Part shown: positions 27,479 to 39,604 of the stretch, in pieces
How positions within the stretch are numbered: the stretch's first letter is position 1
Layout of the letters: the number at the start of each line of letters is the position of its first letter
Source of the DNA: Octopus vulgaris
Taxonomy: Eukaryota
Reading direction: 5' to 3'
Length of the DNA stretch: 64,000 nt
Assembly (NCBI GenBank): GCA_951406725.2
Contig: OX597817.1
Span: 6,324,001 to 6,388,000, forward strand
The notes under the pieces: generated by a model
Seen by the model: the letters and a program-made list of their open reading frames with translations, nothing else
Told to the model about the DNA's origin: nothing
Databases searched by the model: none
Position numbers and translations under genes: made by a program

Positions 27479-28158
27479 TAAATTGGAGATAAAACCACTG
27501 TTAGGCAAATCAAACAGTGAAAATCATAAGCCAATACATAGAAATAAAATTAATCAAAAAATTTTCGGTGAATTTTCATAGTTTTCAAGTGTAAAGCAGA
27601 ATCGTTGATGGTGAGGCATCTTGACTGTAGTAGTAAACTAGAATGCACTCTGTATATACTCAGAAAGCAGCAGCAGCAGCCAACTAAAATTCTATTTTTA
27701 GACATAACATAAATCTATTTGTAGCTCCGGAAAATTTTCGAAAAATTTGAGGAAAATTTCGCTGAAAATTTTCGAAAAATTTTGGGTAAAATTTTTGGGT
27801 GAAATTTTCGGTGAAAATTTTCGAAAATTGTTCACCGAAAATTTTACCCAAAAGTTTTTCGAAAATTTTGCCCAAAAACTTTTCGAAAATTTTCACCAAA
27901 GATTTTTCGAAAATTTTCACAGAAAATTTTACCCAAAAATTTTTCGAAAATTTTCCCCCAAAATTTTTCGGAAATTTCCACAAACATTTTTCAAAAATTT
28001 TCACCGAAAATTTTACCCAAATATTTTTCGTAAATGTTCACCGAAAATTTTACCCAAAAATTTTTAAAAAAGTTTTCGAAAATTTTTTAAAAAGTTTTCG
28101 AAAATTTTCATCAAAAATTTTTCAAAAATTTTGCCCAGATATTTTTCGAAAATTTTCA
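24777..28158 (+). repeat. nested local tandem duplications (~310 bp x2, ~385 bp x3, ~1030 bp x2)
   Basis: 24777-25090 = 25624-25930. 25181-25565 = 26094-26465 = 27124-27510. 26094-27123 = 27124-28158. Confidence 0.85.
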
Positions 28159-31100
28159 CAGAAAATTTTACACAAAAATTTTCGAAAATTTTCACGGAAA
28201 ATTTTGCCCAAAAATTTTTCGAAAATTTAACCCAAAAATTTTGCGAAAATTTTCATGAAAAATTTTTAAAAAATTTTCACTGAAAATTTTCTCCCCAAAA
28301 GTTTTTCGGAAATTTTCACTGAAAATTTTACCCAAAAATTTTTCTAAAATGTTCACCGAAAATTTTACCCAAAAATTTTTCGAATATATCCACAAAACAT
28401 TTTCCCCAAAACTTTTTCGAAAATTTTCCCCAATAAATTTTTGAATATTTTTACCGAAAATTTCCCCCAAAAATTTTTCGAAAATTTTCATCAAAAATTT
28501 TCCCAGATATTTTTCGAAAATTTTCACAGAAAATTTTACCCAAAAATTTTTCGAAAATTTTCCCCCAAAATTTTTCGGAAATTTCCACAAACATTTTTCA
28601 AAAATTTTCACCGAAAATTTTACCCAAATATTTTTCGTAAATGTTCACCGAAAATTTTACCCAAAAATTTTTCAAAAAGTTTTCGAAAATTTTCACTGAA
28701 AATTTTACCCAAAAATTTTTCGAAATTGTTCACCGAAAATTTTACCCAAAAATTTTTCGAAAATGTTCATCGAAAATTTAACCAAAAATTTTTCGGAAAT
28801 TTCCACAAACATTTTTCAAAAATTTTCACCGAAAATTTTACCCAAATATTTTTCGTAAATGTTCACCGAAAATTTTACCCAAAAATTTTTCAAAAAGTTT
28901 TCGAAAATTTTCACTGAAAATTTTACCCAAAAATTTTTCGAAATTGTTCACCGAAAATTTTACCCAAAAATTTTTCGAAAATGTTCATCGAAAATTTTAC
29001 CCAAAACTTTTTCGAAAATTTTCATCAAAAATTTTTAAAAAATTTTGCCCAGATATTTTTCACAGAAAATTTTACACAAAAATTTTCAAAAATTTTTCAA
29101 AATGTTTTCGAAAATTTTCACTGAAAATTTTACCCAAAAATTTTTCGAAATTGTTCACCGAAAATTTTACCCAAAAATTTTTCGAAAATGTTCATCGAAA
29201 ATTTTACCCAAAAATTTTTCGGAAATTTCCACAAACATTTTTCAAAAATTTTCACCGAAAATTTTACCCAAATATTTTTCGTAAATGTTCACCCAAAATT
29301 TTACCCAAAAATTTTTCAAAAAGTTTTCGAAAATTTTCAATGAAAATTTTACCCAAAAATTTGTCGAAATTGTTCACCGAAAATTTTACCCCAAAATTTT
29401 TCGAAAATTTTCATCAAAAATTTTTCAAAAATTTTGCACAGATATTTTTCGAAAATTTTACCCAAAAATTTTTCGAAAATTTTCATCAAAAATTTTTAAA
29501 AAATTTTGCCCAGATATTTTTCACAGAAAATTTTACACAAAAATTTTCAAAAATTTTTCAAAAAGTTTTCGAAAATTTTCACTGAAAATTTTACCCAAAA
29601 ATTTTTCGAAATTGTTCACCGAAAATTTTACCCAAAAATTTTTCGAAAATGTTCATCGAAAATTTTACCCAAAATTTTTCGGAAATTTCCACAAACATTT
29701 TTCAAAAATTTTCACCGAAAATTTTACCCAAATATTTTTCGTAAATGTTCACCCAAAATTTTACCCAAAAATTTTTCAAAAAGTTTTCGAAAATTTTCAA
29801 TGAAAATTTTACCCAAAAATTTGTCGAAATTGTTCACCGAAAATTTTACCCCAAAATTTTTCGAAAATTTTCATCAAAAATTTTTCAAAAATTTTGCACA
29901 GATATTTTTCGAAAATTTTCATCAAAAATTTTCCCCAGATATTTTTCGAAAATTTTCACAGAAAATTTTACCCAAAAATTTTTCGAAAATTTTCCCCCAA
30001 AATTTTTCGGAAATTTCCACAAACATTTTTCAAAAATTTTCACCGAAAATTTTACCCAAATATTTTTCGTAAATGTTCACCCAAAATTTTACCCAAAAAT
30101 TTTTCAAAAAGTTTTCGAAAATTTTCAATGAAAATTTTACCCAAAAATTTGTCGAAATTGTTCACCGAAAATTTTACCCCAAAATTTTTCGAAAATTTTC
30201 ATCAAAAATTTTTCAAAAATTTTGCACAGATATTTTTCGAAAATTTTCATCAAAAATTTTCCCCAGATATTTTTCGAAAATTTTCACAGAAAATTTTACC
30301 CAAAAATTTTTCGAAAATTTTCCCCCAAAATTTTTCGGAAATTTCCACAAACATTTTTCAAAAATTTTCACCGAAAATTTTACCCAAATATTTTTCGTAA
30401 ATGTTCACCGAAAATTTTACCCAAAAATTTTTAAAAAAGTTTTCGAAAATTTTCACTGAAAATTTTAACCAAAAATTTTTCGAAATTGTTCACCGAAAAT
30501 TTTACCCAAAAATTTTTCGAAAATGTTCATCGAAAATTTTACCCAAAAATTTTTCGGAAATTTCCACAAACATTTTTCAAAAATTTTCACCGAAAATTTT
30601 ACCCAAATATTTTTCGTAAATGTTCACCGAAAATTTTACCCAAAAATTTTTCAAAAAGTTTTCGAAAATTTTCACTGAAAATTTTACCCAAAAATTTTTC
30701 GAAATTGTTCACCGAAAATTTTACCCAAAAATTTTTCGAAAATGTTCATCGAAAATTTTACCCAAAAATTTTTCGGAAATTTCCACAAACATTTTTCAAA
30801 AATTTTCACCGAAAATTTTACCCAAATATTTTTCGTAAATGTTCACCGAAAATTTTACCCAAAAATTTTTCAAAAAGTTTTCGAAAATTTTCACTGAAAA
30901 TTTTACCCAAAAATTTTTCGAAATTGTTCACCGAAAATTTTACCCAAAAATTTTTCGAAAATGTTCATCGAAAATTTTACCCAAAAATTTTTCGGAAATT
31001 TCCACAAATATTTTTCAAAAATTTTCAACGAAAATTTTACCCAAATATTTTTCGTAAATGTTCACCCAAAATTTTACCCAAAAATTTTTCAAAAAAGTTT

Positions 31101-32244
31101 TCGAAAATTTTCACTGAAAATTTTACCCAAAAATTTGTCGAAATTGTTCACCGAAAATTTTACCCAAAAATTTTTCGAAAATGTTCATCGAAAATTTTAC
31201 CCAAAACTTTTTCGAAAATTTTCATCAAAAATTTTTCAAAAATTTTGCCCAGATATTTTTCACAGAAAATTTTACACAAAAATTTTCAAAAATTTTTCAA
31301 AAAGTTTTCGAAAATTTTCACTGAAAATTTTACCCAAAAATTTGTCGAAATTGTTCACCGAAAATTTTACCCAAAAATTTTTCGAAAGTGTTCATCGAAA
31401 ATTTTACCCAAAAATTTTTCGAAAATTTTCATCAAAAATTTTCACAGAAAATTTTACGCAAAAATTTTCGAAAATTTTCACGGAAAATTTTGCCCAAAAA
31501 TTTTTTGAAAATTTAACACAAAAATTTTTCGAAAATTTTCCCCAAAAATTTTTCGAAAATTTTCACTGAAAATTTTACCCAAAAATTTTTCGAATATTTC
31601 CACAAAAAATTTTCCCCAAAACTTTTTCGAAAATTTTCCCCAATAAATTTTTGAATATTTTTACCGAAAACTTCCCCAAAAATTTTTCGAAAATTTTCAT
31701 CAAAAATTTTTCGGAAATTTTCACTGAAAATTTTACCCTAAAAATTTTTCGAATATGTTCACCGAAAATTTTATCCAAAAATTTTTCGAAAATGTTCACC
31801 GAAAATTTTCCCCAGATTTATGTTATGGCTAAAAATATATTCTAAGGTGGCTGCTGCTGCTTTCTGTGTATATATAGAGTGGATTCTGGTTTACTACTTC
31901 AGTCATGATGCCTCACCATCAACGATACATCAGATTCTGCTTTACACTTAACAACTATGACGATGTCGACGTTTATAGACTTCAGCATATGGAGCATATT
32001 CGTTATATGGTTTTTCGAAAATTTTACCCAAAAATTTTTGGAAAATTTTACCCATAATTTTTCGAAAATTTTCACCGAAAATTTCCCTCAAAAATATTTC
32101 GTGCAAATATTTAAGTGTAAAGCAGAATCTGATGTTTCGTTGATGGTGAGGCATCATGACTGAAGTAGTAAACCAGAATTCATATACACAGAAAGCAGAA
32201 CATTTTTGCCGAAAATTTACCTACAAAATTTTTCGAAAATTTTC
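26695..32244 (+). repeat. A/T-tract satellite built from ~11-13-bp units (ttttcgaaaat, tttcaccgaaaat, tttacccaaaaat) with higher-order periods
   Basis: Read directly. Identical ORF starts recur at 219-bp (30401/30620/30839), 328-bp (29745/30073/30401) and ~460-bp spacing. Bracketed by an inverted ~135-bp unique segment (27587-27716 / 31814-31949). Confidence 0.9.
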
Positions 32245-32327
32245 ACCGCTAAGTTACGGGGACGTAAACACACCAGCATCGGTTGTCAAGCGATGCTAGG
32301 GGTACAATCACAGACATACAAAAATAT

Positions 32328-32358
<31 letters not shown>

Positions 32359-32526
32359 CATATATATACGACGGGTTTCTTTCGGTTTCCGTCTAACAAA
32401 TCTACTCACAAGGATTTGGTCGGCTCGAAGCTATAGTATAAGTCACTTGCCCAAGATGCCACGTAGTGGGACTGACCCCGGAACCATGTGCTTTGTAAGC
32501 AATCTACTTAACACACAGACACTCCT
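27288..32526 (-). mobile_element. SINE family A interrupted by the satellite complex (halves 27288-27418 and 32245-32526)
   Basis: The consensus ..ttttgccga|accgctaag.. is split exactly at the bar. The left half is also duplicated at 25343-25473 and 26256-26386. Confidence 0.8.
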
Positions 32527-32622
32527 AAGATTTTTATTGAAAGTGACCGAAAAATTGGGAGTGTATTAGTAGAGTCGAACCCAAAACAAGAAGAGAGGAA
32601 TGAAGAACGGGAAAAAATGAGA

Positions 32623-32660
<38 letters not shown>

Positions 32661-35497
32661 GAGAGAGAGAGAGAAAACGAGAGAGAAAAAGAAAGAGAGA
32701 GAGCGAGCGAGAGAGAAAGAGAATAATGTAAGAAGAAAAGTAATAAAATAATAAAATATAATACTAAATAAAAATCCCCGAAGAAAGGGATAAAGGAAAG
32801 AAAGCAAAAAGAAAAATGAAGATATAGATAAGTCAGTGGTCAGTGGAGATAATTTGAAAGTAGGAGTGGGGAGATGAAGGGTGAAAGAGAGAGAAAGGCA
32901 TTATAGTGTAAAAAGATAGAAGAAATGGGTGGTGGTGGTAAAAGGTAAAGGAATGACAAATGTGTAGTGGTAAGTCTAAGTGTACGGGCAGTGATAGGGG
33001 TGAGTAGTATGAATAATTAAGGAATTTATAAGGTTTAGCAGGTCAGTGCTTAGTAATATAAGAAAATATATATGTGAAAATATATACACATGTATATGTC
33101 AGACATGTATATATATATTTATACATGTTTATATAAATCTCAATATTCACACATACAACTCTTACACATACAATCCTTACTCGCATGCATATGCATACAT
33201 GCGCACTCACGTATATGTGCACCTGCATGTATCATCGTTCCTGTATACGCAGGTATATATATCTTGCATGCATACGTATATTTACACATACCCACATACA
33301 TACATATACGCATACACGCACACATGGGTGTATGCACATACATACAAATATAATTAGATGGTTGAATGTGTGAGAAACTAGATAGGGATTAGTAGTTAGA
33401 ATGTAGATTTATAAGGTTATTGGGATTACCTGAAGGGTAGTGTGGAAATGTACTGCATGGTCATTCTGGCATTTGGATTTGTTATAGAATGTATGATAAA
33501 AGCGGTGCTTGCATGTGCTTAGTGCCTCGTTATGTTTATGTAGTAGTGTTGGAGAGTTGTGCTTTAGTATCTGCAAGGGATCGTGCTCACGTTGATTCAC
33601 CTTCGAGCCACAATCCAACTCATTTATTAGTAAACATGCCTTTCTTTATTTTCGTTCGTTCTATATGTATCTCATTTCAAACATTTCAATTTCCTTACTA
33701 TTTTTGCTACGCTATTAGTAACCTCTCTCACTCATGGCATTTATAATTGTGCTTATCTATGCGCAGACGTATGATGGTATTGATGAATGACGCACTGAAT
33801 TTTATTTAATATCAAATTGCATAAGCATAATTAATATATTTTCTAGCTTGCTGAATGATTTTTCCATGCTTGCCAGTTAGTGAAACGAGCTTAACCGATA
33901 GTAAAAGTGTTGTCAATACCTCCATTCCTTTGTCATATATTTATAAACAACATTTAGATTCGTTAAAATATGTTTGTGACATATTTTAACTGCTAAAAGG
34001 CAAGTTCCCTGCAGTTGCCGCAGAGAAAATATATCTTTTATTGTAAAAAGGAATCCCAAATATCGATGTTTCGAGTTTGTTTTTTTTATTCTTCCCCATG
34101 GTATGTACCTAAGAGACTCAACTCTGAACAAACTTACAAAGTAATAGCTTGGTCGCTCGATCGAGGAAAATGATGAAATGTCTGTTCAGAGTTGTTCAGG
34201 TTATAGTTCATCAGCATTTTTGAGGTTATATTTCATCACCATTCTATATTATATATCTATGGTTGTGTTCCAGTTATACTGGTTTTACACAGACTGACTT
34301 ACAAGACAAGGCATAAATAACGGTCATTACAGTTTTCTTTATACAACACATTTGAATTACATTTGTTTCCAATAGACATTATAAAGTCGATATTGATTAG
34401 TTTACTCAATCGTCCCATTAGGAGGCTGAGAAAAGTTGAACAACATAGAGAAAGCAATGTTTACTGAATAATTGACAGATTATCACAGTTGTATGCCAAA
34501 TATTGCTGGCTGGAGTGCCTTTATATAACGGTATCCTCTCTATCCAACAAGCTAATCATCAACAGTAGAATACTCCATGATATTTCTGAATCTGGTTATT
34601 GTAGACCTATATGGTCTGACTATATTTTTCTGAAGTGCCGAATTTCCTTAAACGGAAATTACACCAGTGATGCAGTTGGATATTTTATCGATCGAGTGGT
34701 ATATATTGCATTTTTGATATATAAAATATAAAATATCTTTGTAAACAAAACTGGCAATTTTTCTCTATCATTTTGTGTTGGTTTGCTTCATCGACGCTGT
34801 TATGTTTTATCATTCCTCTCTTTGATAGCTAATAATTCAAACAAGTTGTGAGGAATATTTCTGAGTTGCAATTTACTGGAAAAAAATTGATATAGGACCA
34901 TATAATGGAGTTGAAGCTATTATATCGTGGGAAAGGAAATTTACAAAATAGAGATATTGAGGATACTTTGTACGGAATTCTCTAACTCACCTTTCCTCGA
35001 GTTTGTGCACGCTTGGGTGAGAATCAACGCATGCAAATATACAAATGCCAAGATAATAATAAACATTTGGAAATCACTCTTATAGCTTAATGGGGTTTTT
35101 TTATGGATGAGGATCGAAAGGATTGTTATGCTTCATTCTAAACCTCTGTAACGCCTGTTATGGAACAGCTATAGTCTAACTAATTTAAGAACTTTGAATG
35201 AAATATATCAGTACAAATTTAGCAATAGCGAAACTCTATCATTAAAACGATGGGGAGCACTTACGCAACTGAAATTCATGTGAGAAAATAATATATACAT
35301 TCAAAATTTCAACATTTACCTTAGCGTAATCAGAAGTATTGCTTCTAGAAAGTGTAGAAGAGTCACTTATCTGTCATCGATCAGTAAAGTGTTGACGAGA
35401 ACCTCTTCTACTATAAATAATCTTTCATACAGATGAATCTGTGGTTATTCAAATTGATGATTTATGGAGTGTATACAACGCCACTGGTTGGTAAATA

Positions 35498-36354
35498 CAT
35501 GTTGGAGGAGAGAGGATGGACGTTTTTGACAAATTCCCAAAATCGTTAATTTTAGCTGCAAAGAAATCTTATTGACATCAATGTGTTCGTATTGAACTTG
35601 CATTTGTCAAAAATCGAGTGTGGAAAGCAACATCCATAGTGTGCTGTCCGTTTTCATTGATGCATTTCTGAAAGCGTTCTTGAAAGTTGGCCTCCACTCT
35701 CTCCAGCATTGTTCTCTCGGATTTTCAACAGTCCACTAAGGACAGCTATGTTGCTTCGCCATGCCATTGAGATGAAAATAGGCTTCATCACTCATTAGTA
35801 AAATGAGGTTATCATTTGCCTCAAAAATTGCTTCCATCTGACGTGAGAAGTTAAGCCTCTGTGCATAGTCCTATAGTTTCAATTGTTGCCAAATGACCAA
35901 CTTGTACGGGTGGAAATGCTGGTATTCATGCAAAATACACCTTCCCAAACGGTTACCAATGCCAAGTTCAGTGGAACGCCTCCGAGCTGAGTGATTCGGA
36001 CTCCGTATCAAAGCTTATCTGACGTTCTCACCGTTCGTGGTGTCCCCACCGGTATTCTATTCATTAGTGTATCTCGTGTACGCATTCACACCACGTAAGA
36101 GTGTGTTACGGGTGGGATTTCGATGAATGTTGAAGAGGCGCCGAAGCTTATGCTGAACTGCTGTGAAAGACTCTTTATTCTTCACGTAAATGCCATAGGC
36201 AAACACGCGAAGCTCTATTGTTCGCGGCGCTATGGCTTCACGTGAAAAGAAAAGAAAATGCTAACACATCACGGACGGAATGGTACCTCTCGGACATATG
36301 TCCCTCCCATTGGGTTTGAAGCATTAAAAAAATGTCCGTTTTCTCTGGCCTACC

Positions 36355-36356
<2 letters not shown>
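35498..36356 (-). mobile_element. internally deleted Tc1/mariner (rosa/DD41D-like, DUF4817-type N-terminus) transposon
   Basis: Minus-strand translation gives ELRVFAYGIYVKNKESFTAVQHKLRRLFNIHRN..HFHPYKLVIWQQL..AQRLNFSRQM..LLMSDEAYFHLNG..WTVENPRE, joined to a C-terminal ERVEANFQERFQKCINENGQH. Degenerate TIRs at 35498 and 36356. Confidence 0.8.
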
Positions 36357-36417
<61 letters not shown>

Positions 36418-36420
36418 AAT

Positions 36421-37075
36421 AAAATTAGAGATAAAACTACTATTAGGCAAATCACAGTGAAAAACATAAATCAAAACATAAAAATAATAATAATTGATAT
36501 AATATACAAAATATATAAAAAAATATAAAATTTAAAAATTTAAATCATTTAAATTTAAATTTAAAATTAAAATTATTAATTTATATTTATATTCATAATT
36601 TTTTTAAAAATTTATTTATTATTTATTTATTTTTTTAAAATTTTATATTTCATATTTGTATTTTATTTTTTTAAAAAATAAATATATATAACTATCAAAA
36701 AGTATTAAAAAGTTTTATATAATATATATATAATACTATCAAAGGGTAATTAGAAATGTCCAATACCAGTGGCTTAGTGTGTATAAATTTTTGTCAACAG
36801 ACTATATATTATTCATATAAATACTGTGTACACTTAAACACATTTAGATGGTAAATGTTTTTATTTTTCATTCCCTTCGAAATTTTATCCCTAATAGTGG
36901 TTTAGAATTTAAATGTCTTCTCTAGCGTACTAAGAGTCCTTTGATGGATGGCTTTTATGTGTTTAAATATACACTGTATTTATATGAATAATATGTAGTC
37001 TAGTGACTAAACTTTTACACGCTGTGCCCCTGGTAATGGAAACTTCTAATATTTCTGATTACCTTTTGATATAAT
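36421..37075. mobile_element. degenerate member of the 11417 family with AT-rich patchwork and inner inverted repeat (36733-36843 / 36959-37072)
   Basis: The terminus aattagagataaaactactattaggcaaatcac follows (TA)n. The reverse piece cctaatagtggttt is at ~36890. Confidence 0.55.
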
Positions 37076-37112
37076 TAATTATTGGTAAGTTTTTTCTCTG
37101 GATAATTTTCGA

Positions 37113-37815
37113 AACAAAAGACGAAGACAGGTAGAGTACAAAACAAACGGATGTATTAGTATAACGCTCAGGTATAGAAAAAGTCTTTTACGTTTCGAGC
37201 CTACGTTCTTCTACAGAAAGGTATACTGAGAAAACAAGGAGAGAAAAAATGTGTGTAGTGGCTAATATATATACATATATATAGGGAAAATATCCAAGTA
37301 GAAAATGCTAAAGTAATTTTATAAAAAACCTTTCAGTACCGGTTTCAGTCATTGAGACTTTTCTACTGTAAGTATGGAAAACACTTAAATTTTGGAAAAA
37401 TTAAATGAAAAGTTTTTGAAAAGAATATTTGCATCGTATTCAAATACAAGGGGCATTTTCCTTGTATTTGAATACAATGCAAATATTCCTTTCAAAAACT
37501 TTTCATTTAATTTTTCCAAAATTTAAGTGTTTTCCATACTTACAGTAGAAAAGTCTCAATGACTGAAACCGGTACTGAAAGGTTTTTTATAAAATTGATT
37601 TAGCATTTTCTACTTGGACATTTTTCCCATATATATATGTATATATATTAGCCACTTCACACATTTTTTCTCTCCTTGTTTTTTCTGTATACCTTTCTGT
37701 ATAAGAGCGTAGGCTCGAAACGTAAAAGACTTTTTCTATTCCTGAGCGTTATACTAATACATCCGTTTGTTTTGTACACTACATGTCTTCGTCTTTTGTT
37801 TTTTTCATAAACTTT

Positions 37816-37820
<5 letters not shown>
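37113..37820 (+). mobile_element. ~700-bp composite palindrome of two different hammerhead-bearing modules
   Basis: 37113-37451 is the reverse complement of 37460-37803, including a mirrored internal (TA)n spacer. Hammerhead-like motifs at 37185-37220(-), 37334-37368(-), 37543-37577(+) and 37693-37728(+). Confidence 0.8.
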
Positions 37821-37867
<47 letters not shown>

Positions 37868-37868
<1 letters not shown>

Positions 37869-38660
37869 TCAATAAATGGTGGGGTTGTGTTGACCGCACG
37901 TGGAGAAATGATAAGCAAGGAAAAATTGTAAAAATGCAGAATGCCCGATTGAAAGAAAATTTTAATGAATTGAGAAAATGAAAAAATATATAAATATATA
38001 TTTATTCAAACCGGTTTTCGTCATAGTTTGACTTATCAAGAATAGTTAGGTGAAAAGGTTTTTTAAAAATGAGAAAGGGGAAAAAAGTTGCATTGTTTTT
38101 TGCAAAAGAATAATAGTAAAAAATATGTATAAAAATTAAAAAATAAGTACTCCGATACATTGTGAGTTCGTTGTGTATCTTGAGTTTAATGATTGTTCAT
38201 GAAAAAATTACCTTGAGGTATTAGGATCCAATGGGATTAAGGCCATGTGTTGTTTGGTTTAATTTAGGATGTTGGCAAAACAGTACTACTTCCTGTTTTG
38301 CCAACATCCTAACTTAAACCAAACAACACATGGCCTTAATCCCATTGGATCCTAATACCTCAAGGTAATTTTTTCATGAACAATCATTAAACTCAAGATA
38401 CACAACGAACTCACAATGTATCGGAGTACTTATTTTTTAATTTTTATACATATTTTTTACTATTATTCTTTTGCAAAAAACAATGCAACTTTTTTCCCCT
38501 TTCTCATTTTTAAAAAACCTTTTCACCTAACTATTCTTGATAAGCCAAACTATGACGAAAACCGGTTTGAATAAATATATATTTATATATTTTTTCATTT
38601 TCTCAATTCATTAAAATTTTCTTTCAATCGAGCATTCTGCATTTTTACAATTTTTCATTG

Positions 38661-38665
<5 letters not shown>
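37868..38665 (-). mobile_element. ~750-bp palindromic Penelope-like mini-element (arms 37911-38283 / 38293-38665, tail 37868-37910)
   Basis: Near-perfect 373-bp arms, (TA)n on both flanks, hammerhead in each arm. Confidence 0.85.
38003..38044 (-). ncRNA. minimal hammerhead ribozyme, U3-A8 covariant (mirror 38532-38573 +)
   Basis: tattc-TTGATAA-gtca aacta tgac-GAAA-accggt-TT^gaata: 5-bp stem I, 4-bp stem II, palindromic stem III, UUU site. Confidence 0.7.
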
Positions 38666-38697
<32 letters not shown>

Positions 38698-39441
38698 CAA
38701 ACTGAAATAAAAGCATTGTAATTCGTTATCAGTAATATTTTATTTACTCTCATTCAAGGAAAAGATTTCACTGAAAGGAAAACTTCATAATTTCTTCCTC
38801 ATTCGTCTGGAAACTTCCGGATAATGTAATGTAACACTGTTCAATTATATGAACATGTTAAAGTCAATATATACTTTACTGTATCAGAAATCTATAGATC
38901 TTTATCTATGTAAAGACTCTATTTCAACAGAGACCAGAGATCTTTCTAATCGCCGCAATAAGATTCCCACTGGAATAGCTTTGAAGGATTGCCGATGGAA
39001 AACTACAAGAATCAGATCTGTCAAGTCCTGCAAAACAGTTTTGGTTCGGTGCTTTATAGGCTTCCGTCAGACGATATTTCAGTCAGCAATATTTCTGGCA
39101 TGTAGTAATTAAACAGGAACTACCATGATGTTTATAAATTGATTTAGCTTGTGTGACTTCGACTCACCTTCAGGTATTCCACACACAATCTGAACAACCG
39201 TGCACATAAGATACGTGCGTAAATCCCAATTAGTATCAGACCAAACATCAACAGAGTGACAGAAAATTTAACCTCTCCAACATGTGCGCGCACACATGTA
39301 TGCAGGCACAAAATATATTCATACACAAATACACAAACGTACATACATAGAGAAGAGTGATGGATTGATTAATAGATAGATAGATACACAGACAACAGAA
39401 AGATAAATAGATAGACACACACACACACATATATATACATA

Positions 39442-39499
<58 letters not shown>

Positions 39500-39530
39500 T
39501 ATGTATATATATATATGCATATGTATATAT

Positions 39531-39604
<74 letters not shown>

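Noticed and set aside
26680-31845. Long KIFRKFS/ENFTQKF ORFs up to 340 aa
   Set aside because: They are open in several frames and on both strands because the satellite is stop-poor. There is no evidence of a protein.
31907-32010. Peptide CLTINDTSDSALH..STFIDFSI as a Penelope RT fragment
   Set aside because: Too short and lacks YxDD, so the resemblance could be chance.
26695-32244. CRISPR-like array
   Set aside because: No unique spacers between constant repeats, eukaryotic context and no cas genes.
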